The notes beneath the pieces are model-generated. The model saw only the letters and a list, made by a program, of their open reading frames with translations. It was not told the DNA's origin and did no database searches. Shown here piece by piece: positions 61,701 to 64,000 of a stretch of DNA of 64,000 bases; positions within the stretch are counted from its first letter, which is position 1, and each line of letters begins with the position of its first letter. Where the stretch lies: NCBI GenBank assembly GCA_964016885.1, contig OZ024740.1, forward strand, positions 381,858,001-381,922,000, read 5' to 3'. Origin of the DNA: Eledone cirrhosa (Eukaryota). The translations under genes were made by a program, and so were the position numbers.

Positions 61701-61863
61701 CTATGTACAGGTGCACATATATAAATAATTTGTAACTTTGTAAAGCTATTTCTTATATTATATATGCTTCAAGAAATAGAGTTAGAGGGCTGAAACAAGA
61801 GAAAACGATATATATATATACACACTCACAAATACATGCACATTCAAACACACCCACACTCTC

Positions 61864-61866
<3 letters not shown>

Positions 61867-61940
<74 letters not shown>

Positions 61941-61948
61941 CACACACA

Positions 61949-62031
<83 letters not shown>

Positions 62032-62053
62032 GCGCGCACACACACACATATAC

Positions 62054-62120
<67 letters not shown>
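61867..62120. repeat. (CA)n-(TA)n compound microsatellite, representative of dozens of such tracts in the window
   Basis: Direct reading. Confidence 0.95.
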
Positions 62121-62125
<5 letters not shown>

Positions 62126-62585
62126 CACCCTCTCACTTGTTCTCTCTCTTCGGGTGAGAGAGAATCATAATGTGTATGGATTCGCCAATAAGCGTTTGTG
62201 AACGGAAATATGGGAAGGTTTTAAAAAGTACGGAGAAAGGAAGACAGGAAAATAGTAAAGAATAATACGTATTGAAGAGAAATGATTGCTTTTTCCACAG
62301 ACAGGCACATGTAGACTTTGCAATCATTTTCTCTCGATTCTTCCCTATATTTTTCATTTGTTCTGCTCGTCATACTGTAACCTAAATTCTACTTATCCAT
62401 ACAGACGGTAATAGACGACAACAGATACATGAACATATAGAGAAATACATAGATATAAAAATTCATAAATAGAATCATGATAGGTGAATATATATATATA
62501 TATATATAGGTACATGGATGTATATGGATGAGAAGATATACGGATACGTATTTATTTGCCTCACCCTCTCACCCCCGCTCTCTCT

Positions 62586-62643
<58 letters not shown>

Positions 62644-63120
62644 GTGGATAAATAGCTAGATAGATAGATAAATTGAGTGACGGATATATATAGAGATAGC
62701 TCTTACGATAAAACCAGAATGAAGAGACAACAAATGAAGAAGGGGGAAACGTCGCGAAAATGAGAGAAATGAAATTTAATAGAAAATGAGAATGTGTTGG
62801 TGGGAGAGAGGTACATATTAAAAAAAAATTGAAGCCTTCTATCTATGAGGTGGATCTACAGAGAAAAATGAAGACGTGAAATAAATCATAGATAAAAGAA
62901 CTACATAAACAAGCAAACAAAATAATGAAAATCCTTAGTAAAATTGAAGAATGACTTTAGATAGATATAGGGAAAGATGTCTAGATAAATCTGAAGATAG
63001 ATACATAGATAACCATATACATGGATATGTATAAATACAAATATATAGCATAGATATACAGCCAGACACACACGCACAAAAACGTCACACAGTTATATAC
63101 ACGCACACGCACACACACAT

Positions 63121-63194
<74 letters not shown>

Positions 63195-64000
63195 GCACAC
63201 ACACACACATATATATATATATCAAGGGATAGCTTGATAGAGAAATATCAATGAAAATAATATGGGGTTATAATGAGAAACCGATTTAGGAAATAGTAAA
63301 ATGGTAAAGAGAAAGATTGGGATAAATTATACATAATCTAAAAGTGTGAGAGACAGGCGGAGAGTTTACATAATAAGGAACCGGAACCAAGTAGACACAT
63401 TGATAATATGAAATACAAAACCACATAAAAGGTGATAAGGCACCAGAAATTTAGAAGGTGTTGTTTCATATATATATGTGATACTATCATCTCTTTAGGA
63501 CATCAACCAGATCTGTATCCGATTAATCTAAAGTATAAATTGTACAGATTTTTTACTTATTCCCTGCTTCCTTTCTCTTTGATAAACAGAAGGCAGGTGC
63601 GTTTCCTTTATGTCCACTTCAATATCAATAGCATATATGTTTTCTTTTCTAGAACTGCAATGGGAATAGTGTTATATAACTATTCTGTTATATATAGGTT
63701 ATTTACGTGTCTAGTTCAGGTAAATATCACCCAGTCAACTAGCAGAGCTCTGTTTATCTGTGTCTCGCTAGATTTTGATTTCAAAACGCATCACGCTCGT
63801 ACAAAAGTGTATGACAATGACCTTTTAGCAACCAGCCAGCGAGCCTCTATGTATCCGCTGGAATTGCTAAATACATCGGAAAGCTTTCTCTGAAATCTCA
63901 ATGAAATTATATTTAAAAGAGACACTTTGAACGGTGCAGTACAAGATACACTGTCTAGATTAAGGCATGTATGGCTATGACAGGTATAAATATGATTTTC

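Noticed and set aside
53043-63893. Possible host exons (ORFs 53043-53261, 60859-61125, 63432-63893)
   Set aside because: No recognisable domain or convincing splice context. Short exons cannot be excluded without RNA-seq or homology searches.

Overview
AT-rich, microsatellite-dense eukaryotic repeat DNA with no host gene I can support. The SINE families resemble those I recall from octopus, so an octopod-like cephalopod is inferred. Nearly all ORFs in the supplied track are microsatellite artefacts or transposon debris. The window is dominated by Penelope-like retroelements (PLEs). There are three long, decayed RT + GIY-YIG copies (10.3-15.2 kb, 23.3-27.0 kb, 29.3-32.45 kb), three more coding fragments, and about 20 short non-coding fold-back insertions. 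Almost all sit inside (TA)n. At least 10 of these families carry a type I hammerhead ribozyme (HHR) motif, including compensatory U3-A8 and other core variants. The most striking signal is a 71-nt motif shared by two otherwise dissimilar fold-back families (2176-2246 and its inverse 1247-1317; 15663-15733). It has all hammerhead core nucleotides, but in a strand order (UH, GAAA, CUGAUGA) that is not a circular permutation of types I/II/III, and four helices co-vary between the families. It is a candidate new permuted, pseudoknotted or strand-swapped hammerhead. Also present: RTE LINE fragments, mariner remnants, a non-autonomous Helitron, tRNA-derived SINEs and a 2.5-kb local duplication giving filled and empty insertion sites. 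All RNA structures were read by eye and none has been computed or tested.
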